Below are positions 27,725 through 35,903 of a stretch of 64,000 nucleotides of DNA, in pieces. Each line of letters starts with the position of its first letter. Positions within the stretch are counted from its first letter, which is position 1. The notes beneath the pieces are model-generated. The model made no database searches and was not told the DNA's origin. It worked only from the letters and a program-made list of their open reading frames with translations. Position numbers and translations under genes: made by a program. The DNA comes from Vulcanimicrobiota bacterium. Its GTDB lineage: Bacteria; Vulcanimicrobiota; Vulcanimicrobiia; Vulcanimicrobiales; Vulcanimicrobiaceae. The stretch covers positions 29,410 to 93,409 of the forward strand of contig JAFANA010000103.1 of assembly GCA_019232905.1 (NCBI GenBank), given 5' to 3'.

Positions 27725-29041
27725 ATGCAAGGATTGCGCCGGTTACCCGTTACGTTCCTCATTCTCGCCGTCATATGGCTGCCCGGCGCGGTCGCACCCG
27801 CCGCAGCGGACGACGCTTCTCGCATTGCGATCGTCGAAGCATCGATGGCAGGTGACGTCATTCAAAATGTCACGATCGAAACGTACGGCGTGACTAAGCC
27901 GGACGTCGTCCGGCAGTATCTCTCGCTCAAGGAAGGCGACCGGCTCGAACAATCCGGTGTCGATCGAGACTATGCAAACCTAAAGACGCTTGCCGGCGCG
28001 ATCCCGCGACTCACAATTGAACCGGGCGCAGAATCAAACACCGTCGCACTCCATTGGATTGTGATGGACAAGTGGTTCGCGCTGACGGAGCACCCGTTTT
28101 ACGGCGATACGCCACTGTCGGCTCCCATTCAAGGCGTCGGTTTCATCGTAACGGCACCGCCCTTGAATTCGAAGGGTTCGAGCGTTTACGCAATCAGTCA
28201 ACTCAGCCGGCGCGCAAATCTTGTCCGCCTCTTCTATCAGGAACCGGTTCACATCAATCCGGTAAAAGGGCGTGAATCGGATTTTGTATTCGACGCATTC
28301 GGCGGGCGCGGCGTATTCCGCGAGAGTCAACCGGAGGCGATCAACATCTACAGTTGGAACACCGGCGCCGAAGCGACCTATTACGTCCATGGAACGAACA
28401 ACAACCAATTACAACTCGGCGTACGCACGGTGCGGACGACCACGGCACAGTCGACCGGAATCACGGCGCCTTCACTCTATCAGACGAGCGAGCACCCGGG
28501 ACGAAATACGATTTTGGAAGGCGGCTATTCGCATAATTGCGGCGTTCCACCCACGCAATGGCAGCCGCCGTTCTGCTCGTATCAATACCGCTTTCAGGTA
28601 GCTGACGGGATCGGGGTTCTTGGATCGACGAGCGAGTACCAATCGTATATCGCGGACATTGCCAAGTATTTCTCGATTGGTAAATCCGCGGTGGCGCTTC
28701 ACGTCGTCGAAGCGCGCACCGGCGGCGTCATTCCCGACAGCTTCCTCGTATGCGGAAATGGGCTTCGCGCGTATCCGAAACAGTTCTGTGGAACCGACGC
28801 ACAGAATTTCCAAGCGGAGTATCGCATCGCGCAAGCGGTCCCCGGCCCGTTGCACTGGGTAATCTTCACGGAAACGTCGTCGAGCCGCGTGCGCGGCGGA
28901 ACGCAGTCATTCGCACCGGCGACATTCCAATGGCATCCCGACTCAGGCTTCGGCTTTATCTATCGGCTCCTGCGCCTCGACTTTGCATGGGGAAATCAAG
29001 GCGGCCGCTTCTCCGTCGAAATCCAGGGCCAGACGTTCTAA
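27725..29041 (+). CDS. Omp85-superfamily outer-membrane beta-barrel protein with a single POTRA-like domain
   Basis: Signal peptide MQGLRRLPVTFLILAVIWLPGAVAPAAA and POTRA-like block VTIETYGVTKPDVVRQYLSLKEGDRLEQSGVDRDYANLK. The C-terminal half is rich in alternating aromatic residues and ends in the OMP-type terminal Phe (..IQGQTF). GTG 27710 is an alternative start. Confidence 0.72.
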   Translation: MQGLRRLPVTFLILAVIWLPGAVAPAAADDASRIAIVEASMAGDVIQNVTIETYGVTKPDVVRQYLSLKEGDRLEQSGVDRDYANLKTLAGAIPRLTIEPGAESNTVALHWIVMDKWFALTEHPFYGDTPLSAPIQGVGFIVTAPPLNSKGSSVYAISQLSRRANLVRLFYQEPVHINPVKGRESDFVFDAFGGRGVFRESQPEAINIYSWNTGAEATYYVHGTNNNQLQLGVRTVRTTTAQSTGITAPSLYQTSEHPGRNTILEGGYSHNCGVPPTQWQPPFCSYQYRFQVADGIGVLGSTSEYQSYIADIAKYFSIGKSAVALHVVEARTGGVIPDSFLVCGNGLRAYPKQFCGTDAQNFQAEYRIAQAVPGPLHWVIFTETSSSRVRGGTQSFAPATFQWHPDSGFGFIYRLLRLDFAWGNQGGRFSVEIQGQTF

Positions 29042-29044
29042 CGA

Positions 29045-29719
29045 TTACGACACTGGGACGTAGTAGTCGTTACGTAAGTTGAAGTCGCCGCGGCCGCCCG
29101 GCGTTAGATCGAAGATGTGCCAGACGGGTTGGAGCAAGTCTATTCCGCGGATTGTGTGATCGTTGTCGTCAGGATGCATCGTGTAGGTGTTCCGAAGCGT
29201 CGAACCGTCCTTCGAAAACACCGCAACGGTTGATGACGGATCTCCGTTTTCCGCGCGCGCGCCAATTGCATCGGCGAGTTCCGTTCCGACGTCGGCAAGG
29301 ATCGGGACGCGATCCCAGCCACGTTGACGTGCCCATTGCTGCAATCGGTCCGCCCGCGTGAGACTCGCAACGACCAGGTTCACGCGTTGCGTGACGTGCT
29401 GCGCAACAGCGTTCAAGCCGTCGATCCAGCCCGAGCACATGGGACAAAATTCGTCGTCATCCGCCCAATACATCAAATGATACATGACGAGATATGGCTC
29501 GCGCCCCGGCTGAAAAAGTTGCGAGAGACGAACCGGTCCGTCGATACCGATGAACTCGTAATCGGGAACTTCCGGTCCCTCGGGCAGCGCACGCCGCATT
29601 TGCGCGACGCGCTCGACCTGTTCCATCAGACTCTTTTCGGCGGCTAAAAGTTTTTCGCGAGCTTCGCGATATTCGCTCGATACGCCGGGCGCGACGAGCC
29701 GGTCGATCATCGTTGTCAT
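29045..29719 (-). CDS. DUF899 thioredoxin-like family protein
   Basis: ORF 29045..29797 trimmed to ATG 29719 (ATGA overlap with the upstream gene). YREAREKLLAAEKSLMEQVERVAQMRRALP... CPMCSGWIDG is the DUF899 pattern. Confidence 0.85.
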   Translation of the reverse strand: MTTMIDRLVAPGVSSEYREAREKLLAAEKSLMEQVERVAQMRRALPEGPEVPDYEFIGIDGPVRLSQLFQPGREPYLVMYHLMYWADDDEFCPMCSGWIDGLNAVAQHVTQRVNLVVASLTRADRLQQWARQRGWDRVPILADVGTELADAIGARAENGDPSSTVAVFSKDGSTLRNTYTMHPDDNDHTIRGIDLLQPVWHIFDLTPGGRGDFNLRNDYYVPVS

Positions 29720-30141
29720 TCGAGTAACCTCCGAAGAGCGTCGATGCTCGTCTCCCAACCCGTGCGGTTGATCTCGCGCGCCTCTTCGGACGAACAACCG
29801 GCGTGACGTACGGTGAGCTGCGTACCGCGTTCCGTCCGCTGTAATTCATACGTTACCGTCGTAACCAGCGGCATTCCGTTGAGCTGCCACGTATGCACCA
29901 GTTTCTTCGGCGCATCGACTTCAAGGTACTCGCCATCGAGGGTGTACGGATTTCCCCGCGCCATTCCCGATGCGTGCCACATGCCGCCGGGGCGCACGTC
30001 CCCGGTCCATTCGCGAGTATCGAAGACGCCGGCGCGCACCCACCAGCGTACGATCTCGTCGGATGTCAGCGCGCGAAAAACGCGTTCGGGCGATGCGGGC
30101 AGTTCCGCTGCGACGACTGCATCCAACGTTGACGCGTTCAT
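29716..30141 (-). CDS. SRPBCC superfamily, AHSA1 (Aha1-like) domain protein
   Basis: 141 aa. PERVFRALTSDEIVRWW...GG.W...G......G.Y.EVD.P..LV.TW is typical of the AHSA1/START-like family. Confidence 0.8.
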   Translation of the reverse strand: MNASTLDAVVAAELPASPERVFRALTSDEIVRWWVRAGVFDTREWTGDVRPGGMWHASGMARGNPYTLDGEYLEVDAPKKLVHTWQLNGMPLVTTVTYELQRTERGTQLTVRHAGCSSEEAREINRTGWETSIDALRRLLE

Positions 30142-30144
30142 ACT

Positions 30145-30582
30145 TCACAACACCTTGCGAAGCTGATCGGCGATCGCTTCCCATCCGCGCGCATGTCCGG
30201 CTCGGGATTCTTCGCTCGCCAACTGTTCGTGGGTAAGGATCATTTCCGTTCCACCGTCGTGCGGATTGAACTCCAGCGTCAACAGCGTGTCGCGTTCGTC
30301 GTTCGGATCGTCCTCTTTCCAGCGCCACGTCATCTGCAGCCGGTGCGGCGGCTGCACTTCGCGATAGACGCCGCCGACGGTCCACCGCTCTCCGTCGGCC
30401 ATTTGCATGACGATGCGATAGGTACCGCCCGTACGGACGTCCATCTCGACATCCGGCGTTGTCACGTCGTTCGGACCTAAGAATTGTTTCGCCAATTCGG
30501 GCGTCGTCCACGCTTGAAATACGCGCTCGGGCGGGACGTCGTAGGTACGTCGGATAACGAGCGCGGGAATCGTCGATTGCAT
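30145..30582 (-). CDS. SRPBCC superfamily, AHSA1 (Aha1-like) domain protein
   Basis: ORF 30145..30672 trimmed to MQSTIPALVIRRTYDVPPERVFQAWTTPELAKQF (ATG 30582). Same family as the downstream paralog. Confidence 0.8.
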   Translation of the reverse strand: MQSTIPALVIRRTYDVPPERVFQAWTTPELAKQFLGPNDVTTPDVEMDVRTGGTYRIVMQMADGERWTVGGVYREVQPPHRLQMTWRWKEDDPNDERDTLLTLEFNPHDGGTEMILTHEQLASEESRAGHARGWEAIADQLRKVL

Positions 30583-30584
30583 GG

Positions 30585-30920
30585 CTATTTCTTCTTTCGT
30601 TCCGGCTTTTCGAGAAGATGGTCGAGTCGATCGAGCACGGCGTTCCAGTAACGGCGCTGGCGCTCGATCCAAGCAGAAGCGGCTTCCATAGCCTCCGGCG
30701 TGAGATTCAAATAGTGCGTACGCCCAACCACCTCTCGCACGATCAGCCCCGAGTCTTCGAGCACGCGGACGTGTTTCGAAATCGCCGGTTGCGAAATCGG
30801 AAATTCGGAAGCGATTTCCCCGACTGTTGACGGCTTGCGCGCCAAGCGTTCGACTATTCGACGGCGGGTCGGATCGGCTAAGGCGGAAAAGACGGCGTCG
30901 AGCTTCATATCATTAACCAT
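30585..30920 (-). CDS. ArsR/SmtB-family transcriptional regulator
   Basis: FSALADPTRRRIVERLARKPSTVGEIASEFPISQPAISKHVRVLEDSGLI is the canonical ArsR wHTH. Start at 30920, or at the internal ATG 30908. Confidence 0.9.
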   Translation of the reverse strand: MVNDMKLDAVFSALADPTRRRIVERLARKPSTVGEIASEFPISQPAISKHVRVLEDSGLIVREVVGRTHYLNLTPEAMEAASAWIERQRRYWNAVLDRLDHLLEKPERKKK

Positions 30921-30944
30921 CTGGTTATATAACCATAGGGTTAA
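30913..30944. promoter_or_regulatory. candidate ArsR operator (nested palindrome)
   Basis: TTAACC-ATC-TGGTTATATAACCA-TAG-GGTTAA. A perfect 14-bp palindrome (30922-30935) is flanked symmetrically by complementary TTAACC/GGTTAA arms. It abuts or overlaps the arsR start codon. Confidence 0.55.
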
Positions 30945-30983
30945 ACGACGCCCGTGTCAAGACGTCAACCGGTCAGAATCCGG

Positions 30984-31631
30984 CTAGCGCAGATCGAGCG
31001 ACGTAACCGGGATGGTGTTGTACTGCTCGATCTTCGAGTGATCGCCGTTGACGACCACGCGTACGTCGCCTTGCGGTGTGGTGATCAACTGCGTAGGGAA
31101 CGACGAGTCCAGGTACTTCGTGTACGGCGCGTCGATACTCAACGTCAACAGATCGAACCGCCCTCGCGGAACGTAGAACGTCCAATAGTCGTCGAGGGTC
31201 GAGCCCGGATCGACGTCGGTATATTCCGTCGTCGCGGGATCTCCATGATGTGTAACATAGGCGTTGCTATACACGGGCACAAGGGGACCCGTTTTACAGT
31301 ATCCGGCAAACACATATCGCAACGGGTGCGCTTCGCGTCCGGCGCGTGGCTCCGTTTCGAGGACTCGCTGGCCATACACGTTGATTGCTGCCGCAAGAAG
31401 ATCCGCTCGAACCGTTCCGATATTCCGGAATTGCACGTGCAGGCTCACGGCGATCAGGCCATTGCGTTCGCTTATCTTCTGCATCGACGCCGTCACGTCG
31501 ATATCAGGGTTCGCCATCGACGGTTTGATACGATTTTCATACGCGAACACATAGAAGGCCCAGATGCCGGCCGCAAGAATCGCAACGATCTCGACAACAT
31601 CGCGCACGGTTGCAATGGCGCGAGCGGACAT
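30984..31631 (-). CDS. hypothetical membrane-anchored protein (one N-terminal TM, beta-rich ectodomain)
   Basis: MSARAIATVRDVVEIVAILAAGIWAFYVFAY, then about 180 aa with no motif I recognise. ATG 31631 lies 20 nt after the upstream stop; GTG 31667 is an alternative start. Confidence 0.55.
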   Translation of the reverse strand: MSARAIATVRDVVEIVAILAAGIWAFYVFAYENRIKPSMANPDIDVTASMQKISERNGLIAVSLHVQFRNIGTVRADLLAAAINVYGQRVLETEPRAGREAHPLRYVFAGYCKTGPLVPVYSNAYVTHHGDPATTEYTDVDPGSTLDDYWTFYVPRGRFDLLTLSIDAPYTKYLDSSFPTQLITTPQGDVRVVVNGDHSKIEQYNTIPVTSLDLR

Positions 31632-31650
31632 CGATTCGCTTCCGTGCTTC

Positions 31651-32495
31651 TTACTGGGAAACAACACGCAAGGCAGCCTTCACATCACGCAGTGTATCGA
31701 CGTTTTCCGAAGGGTCACCCGTAAGTACGGTGATTTCCGCGTCAAATCCCCGCGCCACTCTCCCGCTGCGAGCCGCGCTTCCGAAACGAGCCGCGGGTAC
31801 CGTGGTGAGCGATGCGAGGATTTCGGCCGCACTCATTCCCGCTTCGTGCATGAGCGCGTATTCTGCCGCCGGATCGGCACCAAACACACCGGTGTCCATG
31901 CCGAAAAGAATCGCGCCGCCACGTTCTCGCCACGATGCAAGCTGTTGAACTGCCGCTTGAACCTGGCACTGCTGAACCGAATGCCGGTCGTGACGCATCG
32001 TCTCGCCGCACGTCGAGCTTCGGCGGGATCTGATGCCGACGGAAGCTGCACGTTCATTGGCCCGAGAACGGCGACGACCGCATCCGGAAGATCGAACCCG
32101 GGCGGAACGATTCCGGGACCTGTGGTAAAAATGCGCGGACCGCAAACTTCGCGCGCGTCAATTCTCCGGCGAATCACGGACGTGTTTTCGTACGCCGACG
32201 AAAGATCGAATACGGCGGTGAAGCCGAAGCGTTCGAAATCTTGGAGCTGTGCACCGAGCTCTTCGGCCGGAATTTCCGCCGCCGATGCCCATTTGCGTTC
32301 GAAAAAGTGCACGTGGCTGTTTTGGAACCCCGCAACGATCGTACATCCCGAGCAATCAATCGTTCGAGTTTGTGATGGGGTATCGAAAACACTTGCGACT
32401 GCTGCGATCGTCCCGCCCTCGATCAGTACGGTCGCCGGCGCCGGTTCGGCATGCGGCTCCCTGATGACGCGACCTCCGTGTAGAGCTATCATCAT
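31651..32495 (-). pseudogene. disrupted amidohydrolase-superfamily gene (frameshift, probably also an internal deletion)
   Basis: The N-terminal part (MMIALHGGRVI..LIEGGTIAAV..GCTIVAGFQNSHVHF..) is in the frame of ORF 31833..32576. The C-terminal part (..GGAILFGMDTG...AAEILASLTTVPAARFG...GFDAEITVLTGDP) is in the frame of ORF 31651..32145. The frames switch near 32000. Confidence 0.6.
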
Positions 32496-33442
32496 CCACC
32501 TCTGGCGTCGGACGGTGCCACGCCGTACGCCGTTCGCCACAGCCGCCGAAGTTGCCGTCCGTCGGCAAACCCGCACCGTTCTGCGACGGCGTCGATCGTC
32601 AGCGCTTTATCCCGCAGCAAGGCGCGTGCCTGTTCCAAACGCAGCGATGTTACATAGGCTTTTACAGTAGCACCGGTTGCAAGACGAAACCTGCGCGTCA
32701 ACGTCCGCGAACTGACTCCCGCAACATGTGCCAACGACTCGATCGTGAAGCTCTCACCCGGGTGCTCGACCAGCCAGTCCTGCGCTGCGTGGACTTCCGG
32801 ATACACGTGATCGCGTCGCTCGAAATACGCATTCAATTGATCCTGCGCGCCGCACCGGCGTATACCGACGACCATTTCACGCGCGACGATCGCCGCAACG
32901 CGCGCACCGGCGTCGCGTTCCACGATTGCCAGCGCCAGGTCGACGCCGGATGCAATGCCCGCACTCGTCGCAATCAGGCCGTCGAAGACGTACAAACGAT
33001 TGCCGGCGACGCGAGCGCGCGGGAACGCCTCGCGCAGCGCATCCGTAAATTTCCAATGCGTCGTCGCATGGCGGTCGTCGAGCAGACCGGACGCTCCGAG
33101 CACGAACGCGCCGACGCAGACCGAGGCGATACGAGCACCGTTTCCAAACGAAGAGCGAAGCCAGGCCGTGACGTCCGCAATTTTCGAGGGATGCATACAC
33201 GCTGCTTCCCGCATCGCTGCGCTTCCCGGAATTACGATCGTATCGTTCGGGCCGGTGTCGTGCGGTAACGGCAGCAAACGCGCGATCGCGAGCGATTGCT
33301 CGGTCGCGATCGTATCCTGCGTCGACACGTATTCCAGTCGGTAGTCCGCGCCGGCGGCAATCGCTTCATGGAAGACTTGAACGGGGCCGGCGAGATCGAA
33401 TAATTCTACACGATCTGGAACGAAGACGATGACGCGTCTCAT
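32492..33442 (-). CDS. GlxA-family regulator (DJ-1/PfpI domain + AraC-type HTH)
   Basis: 316 aa. N-terminal MRRVIVFVPDRVELFDLAGPVQVF and SVCVGAFVLG (DJ-1 nucleophile elbow). C-terminal AraC HTH (..AERCGFADGRQLRRLW). Confidence 0.88.
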   Translation of the reverse strand: MRRVIVFVPDRVELFDLAGPVQVFHEAIAAGADYRLEYVSTQDTIATEQSLAIARLLPLPHDTGPNDTIVIPGSAAMREAACMHPSKIADVTAWLRSSFGNGARIASVCVGAFVLGASGLLDDRHATTHWKFTDALREAFPRARVAGNRLYVFDGLIATSAGIASGVDLALAIVERDAGARVAAIVAREMVVGIRRCGAQDQLNAYFERRDHVYPEVHAAQDWLVEHPGESFTIESLAHVAGVSSRTLTRRFRLATGATVKAYVTSLRLEQARALLRDKALTIDAVAERCGFADGRQLRRLWRTAYGVAPSDARGG

Positions 33443-34035
33443 GCCGGAACGGCACTCACCTCGCCGGCAACGCCGTCGACGGTTACGATGCGCGCGAAGC
33501 GCCGCCGCAGCGCAAACTCGGTCCGCTCGACGATCTCGTCCGTTGAGAGTTCGCGTCCGCTGCCGTCGGCGCGTTCGTAGATCGGAAACGTCATCGTTGC
33601 TTCGGTGACGAAATCGACGTCAAAACCGAGATCGGCGCCGACGCGTGCCGTTGTTTCACAGCATTGTTCCGTCTGAATTCCACTAATAACGACGCGGCGG
33701 ACGCCCTGTTGCAGCAAAATCGGAAGCAAGCTCGTACTCGTAAAACAGTTGCGCGTCGTCTTGTGAAGGACCGGCTCGCCGGAACGCGGTTTGAGAAAAT
33801 CCATCAGGCGATAGTGTGGGCTATCCACGCTGAAAGCATCGTCGGAGTCGCTGTGTAGAAAAAAGATTACGGGACGGCTGGCCGCGCGGAATGCCTCGAT
33901 CAGTCTCGTGACGTTCGATTCGAATTTCGCGGCGTTACTGCGCCGCGCCCAGCGCGAGCCGGCCTTGAACGAGTCCTGGATATCGATTACCAGGAGCGCT
34001 GCATCATCCAATCGGGTCCGGTCTTTCTGAGCCAT
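33439..34035 (-). CDS. isochorismatase-family cysteine hydrolase
   Basis: AALLVIDIQDSF ... VVISGIQTEQCCETTAR (catalytic Cys). ATGA overlap with the downstream glxA-like gene. Confidence 0.88.
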   Translation of the reverse strand: MAQKDRTRLDDAALLVIDIQDSFKAGSRWARRSNAAKFESNVTRLIEAFRAASRPVIFFLHSDSDDAFSVDSPHYRLMDFLKPRSGEPVLHKTTRNCFTSTSLLPILLQQGVRRVVISGIQTEQCCETTARVGADLGFDVDFVTEATMTFPIYERADGSGRELSTDEIVERTEFALRRRFARIVTVDGVAGEVSAVPA

Positions 34036-34166
34036 TTTATCTCCTTGCTAGAACGCGTCGTTTCCGTAAGTATGACTCTATCTCTTCCCAGCCGGCTAGC
34101 CATAACCAGGACGGCTATCGGACATTTTAGGCCAGCACGCCCCGATGCCAGGCGAACTCATCACCG

Positions 34167-34859
34167 ATGCAGCATATGACTGATTCGTCCGCTTTCGCTC
34201 GTACGGAGAATCTCGTGAACCCGATTGCTGAAGAACTGCGCCTCATGTCCCCTGCACCGCTTCCGCTGGGCCTCGCCTACGACGGCGCAACGCTCTGGAT
34301 GGCAAGCCGCGAAACGCATCGCGTCTACGAGATCGACCCGGCGACCTGGACCGTTCGAAGCGAAACGCAAGCGCCGGGCGGCCCGTTCGGGATGACGATG
34401 GTCGGCGACGAACTTCGCGCCGTCATCGGGATCGGAGAGAAAGATCACGACCGCTACATCTATCGTTTCGTTCCGGGTCACGGCTTCAAGAACGACCGCA
34501 TTGCATGCCCGGATCTCACCGGCAATCACGTAGCCTTCGACGGCGACACGATTTTCTTGAGCCAAGCAAGTTATCTTAGGATCCTGGCGCTCGACGGTCA
34601 GGGCGACGTGCTCCGGGAAATCCCGTTGAAGCGCACGCCGCTCGGAATGACGATTTCGGAAGGATGCTTTTATCTGATTACCGGCGACGAAGAGTTCGAA
34701 AATCTCGAGTTGTGGCGTCTCGATGCCCGTAACGAGTCACCGAAAGTCGACGTGCTCGCGTCGATTCCATTTGACGCGCGTGGTCTTACCTTTGACGGAA
34801 CGCGTTTCTGGACGTCGCACCGCGACAACAATGAAATCGTCGCCTTCACGGCACCATAA
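34167..34859 (+). CDS. hypothetical beta-propeller-like repeat protein
   Basis: Repeated G(L/M)(A/T)..G..L(W/F) strands (GLAYDGATLWMAS, GMTMVGDEL, VAFDGDTIFLS, GMTISEGCFYLI, GLTFDGTRFWTS). The fold guess rests on the repeat pattern only. Confidence 0.55.
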   Translation: MQHMTDSSAFARTENLVNPIAEELRLMSPAPLPLGLAYDGATLWMASRETHRVYEIDPATWTVRSETQAPGGPFGMTMVGDELRAVIGIGEKDHDRYIYRFVPGHGFKNDRIACPDLTGNHVAFDGDTIFLSQASYLRILALDGQGDVLREIPLKRTPLGMTISEGCFYLITGDEEFENLELWRLDARNESPKVDVLASIPFDARGLTFDGTRFWTSHRDNNEIVAFTAP

Positions 34860-35903
34860 ATGCATGCGCTCGCGATTCTTCTTCTCTCGGCGCTAATCGG
34901 CCAGGCTCCGGCGTCCGCTTCCACTGCCTCCGCAAACGCCGGCGACACGGCGTTTGCTCAAGGCGATTTTCAAACCGCCTTCAACGATTATAACGACGCG
35001 CTCGCCGAGGATCCCGGTGACGCGGAAGCGGTCCTCGGACTCGGCACACTCGACCTCTACCGCAACGACTGGAACAACGCGCGAACGTATCTCAATCGCG
35101 CGCGCCATCTCGCGCCGAACGATCCGCGCACGTTGGCCCGTTTGACCACGCTGCAGGAACGTTTGCCCAAGCCCGACCGCTACGTCTTCGATCTGCAAAA
35201 CGGCCGGACCGATATTCCGTTGGTTGCCGCCGATCCCGTGCCCATCGTGCGAGCAACGATCGATGGAAAGCCGTACTCGTTCGTCGTCGATACGGCGGCC
35301 GCGTCGGTGGATCTCAACCCTGCGGCGGCGCAAGCACTCGGTATTACTGCAAGTGGAACGATCGACACGCTGAAATTTCCCGGGCTTACCGTGAACGACG
35401 TTCCGGCCAGAGTCGCGCCGCAACCAATAACTGCCGGCAACCTGCAAGTCGACGGCGCGCTAGGTACCGTCTTTCTTTCGCACTTTTTGCCGACGTTCGA
35501 TTACGCGCACAACCGGTTGACGTTACAGTTGTGGGAGGCGTCTCCGGCGATCGAGCAAGCGGCAAAAGCGGAGGGTGCGGCCGTCGAACCGATGTGGCTG
35601 GTAGGTACGCATCTGCTGCTCGCGAGCGGACGCGTCGACGGCCAACGCGCGCAACTCTTCGCGATTCAGACCGGACGAAGCGACGGCACCGTCGCGCTCG
35701 CCGGCGCCGAAGACGAGTCGTTCACTTTGCCGCTTGTCTCGCTCGGCAGATATGCGCAGGGACCGGTTACCGGCGCTTCGCTACCGCCGGGGCTCTTTAG
35801 TCAGGTACCCTTTCATGTGGCGGGTGCGCTTCGTCACGGATTCTTCCGGCCCGCGACGCTGACACTGGATTTTACGACCATGAAGATTGTTGTGAGCAAA
35901 TGA
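34860..35903 (+). CDS. secreted TPR + retropepsin-like aspartic protease domain protein
   Basis: Signal peptide MHALAILLLSALIGQAPASA, TPR-like helices (AFAQGDFQTAFNDYNDALAEDPGD...), then VRATIDGKPYSFVVDTAAASVDL, which resembles the D(T/S)GA active-site strand of bacterial retropepsin-like domains. Confidence 0.6.
   Translation: MHALAILLLSALIGQAPASASTASANAGDTAFAQGDFQTAFNDYNDALAEDPGDAEAVLGLGTLDLYRNDWNNARTYLNRARHLAPNDPRTLARLTTLQERLPKPDRYVFDLQNGRTDIPLVAADPVPIVRATIDGKPYSFVVDTAAASVDLNPAAAQALGITASGTIDTLKFPGLTVNDVPARVAPQPITAGNLQVDGALGTVFLSHFLPTFDYAHNRLTLQLWEASPAIEQAAKAEGAAVEPMWLVGTHLLLASGRVDGQRAQLFAIQTGRSDGTVALAGAEDESFTLPLVSLGRYAQGPVTGASLPPGLFSQVPFHVAGALRHGFFRPATLTLDFTTMKIVVSK

Noticed and set aside
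30954-32670. Plus-strand ORFs 30954..31724 (256 aa) and 31564..32670 (368 aa)
   Set aside because: They are Arg-rich shadow ORFs opposite the membrane-anchored hypothetical gene and the amidohydrolase remnant. The minus-strand readings carry real motifs (TM helix, HxH, GMDTG).
34161-34565. 134-aa minus-strand ORF opposite the beta-propeller-like gene
   Set aside because: The plus-strand ORF is longer, shows an internal repeat structure, and abuts the next gene (TAA-ATG). The minus-strand ORF has no features.
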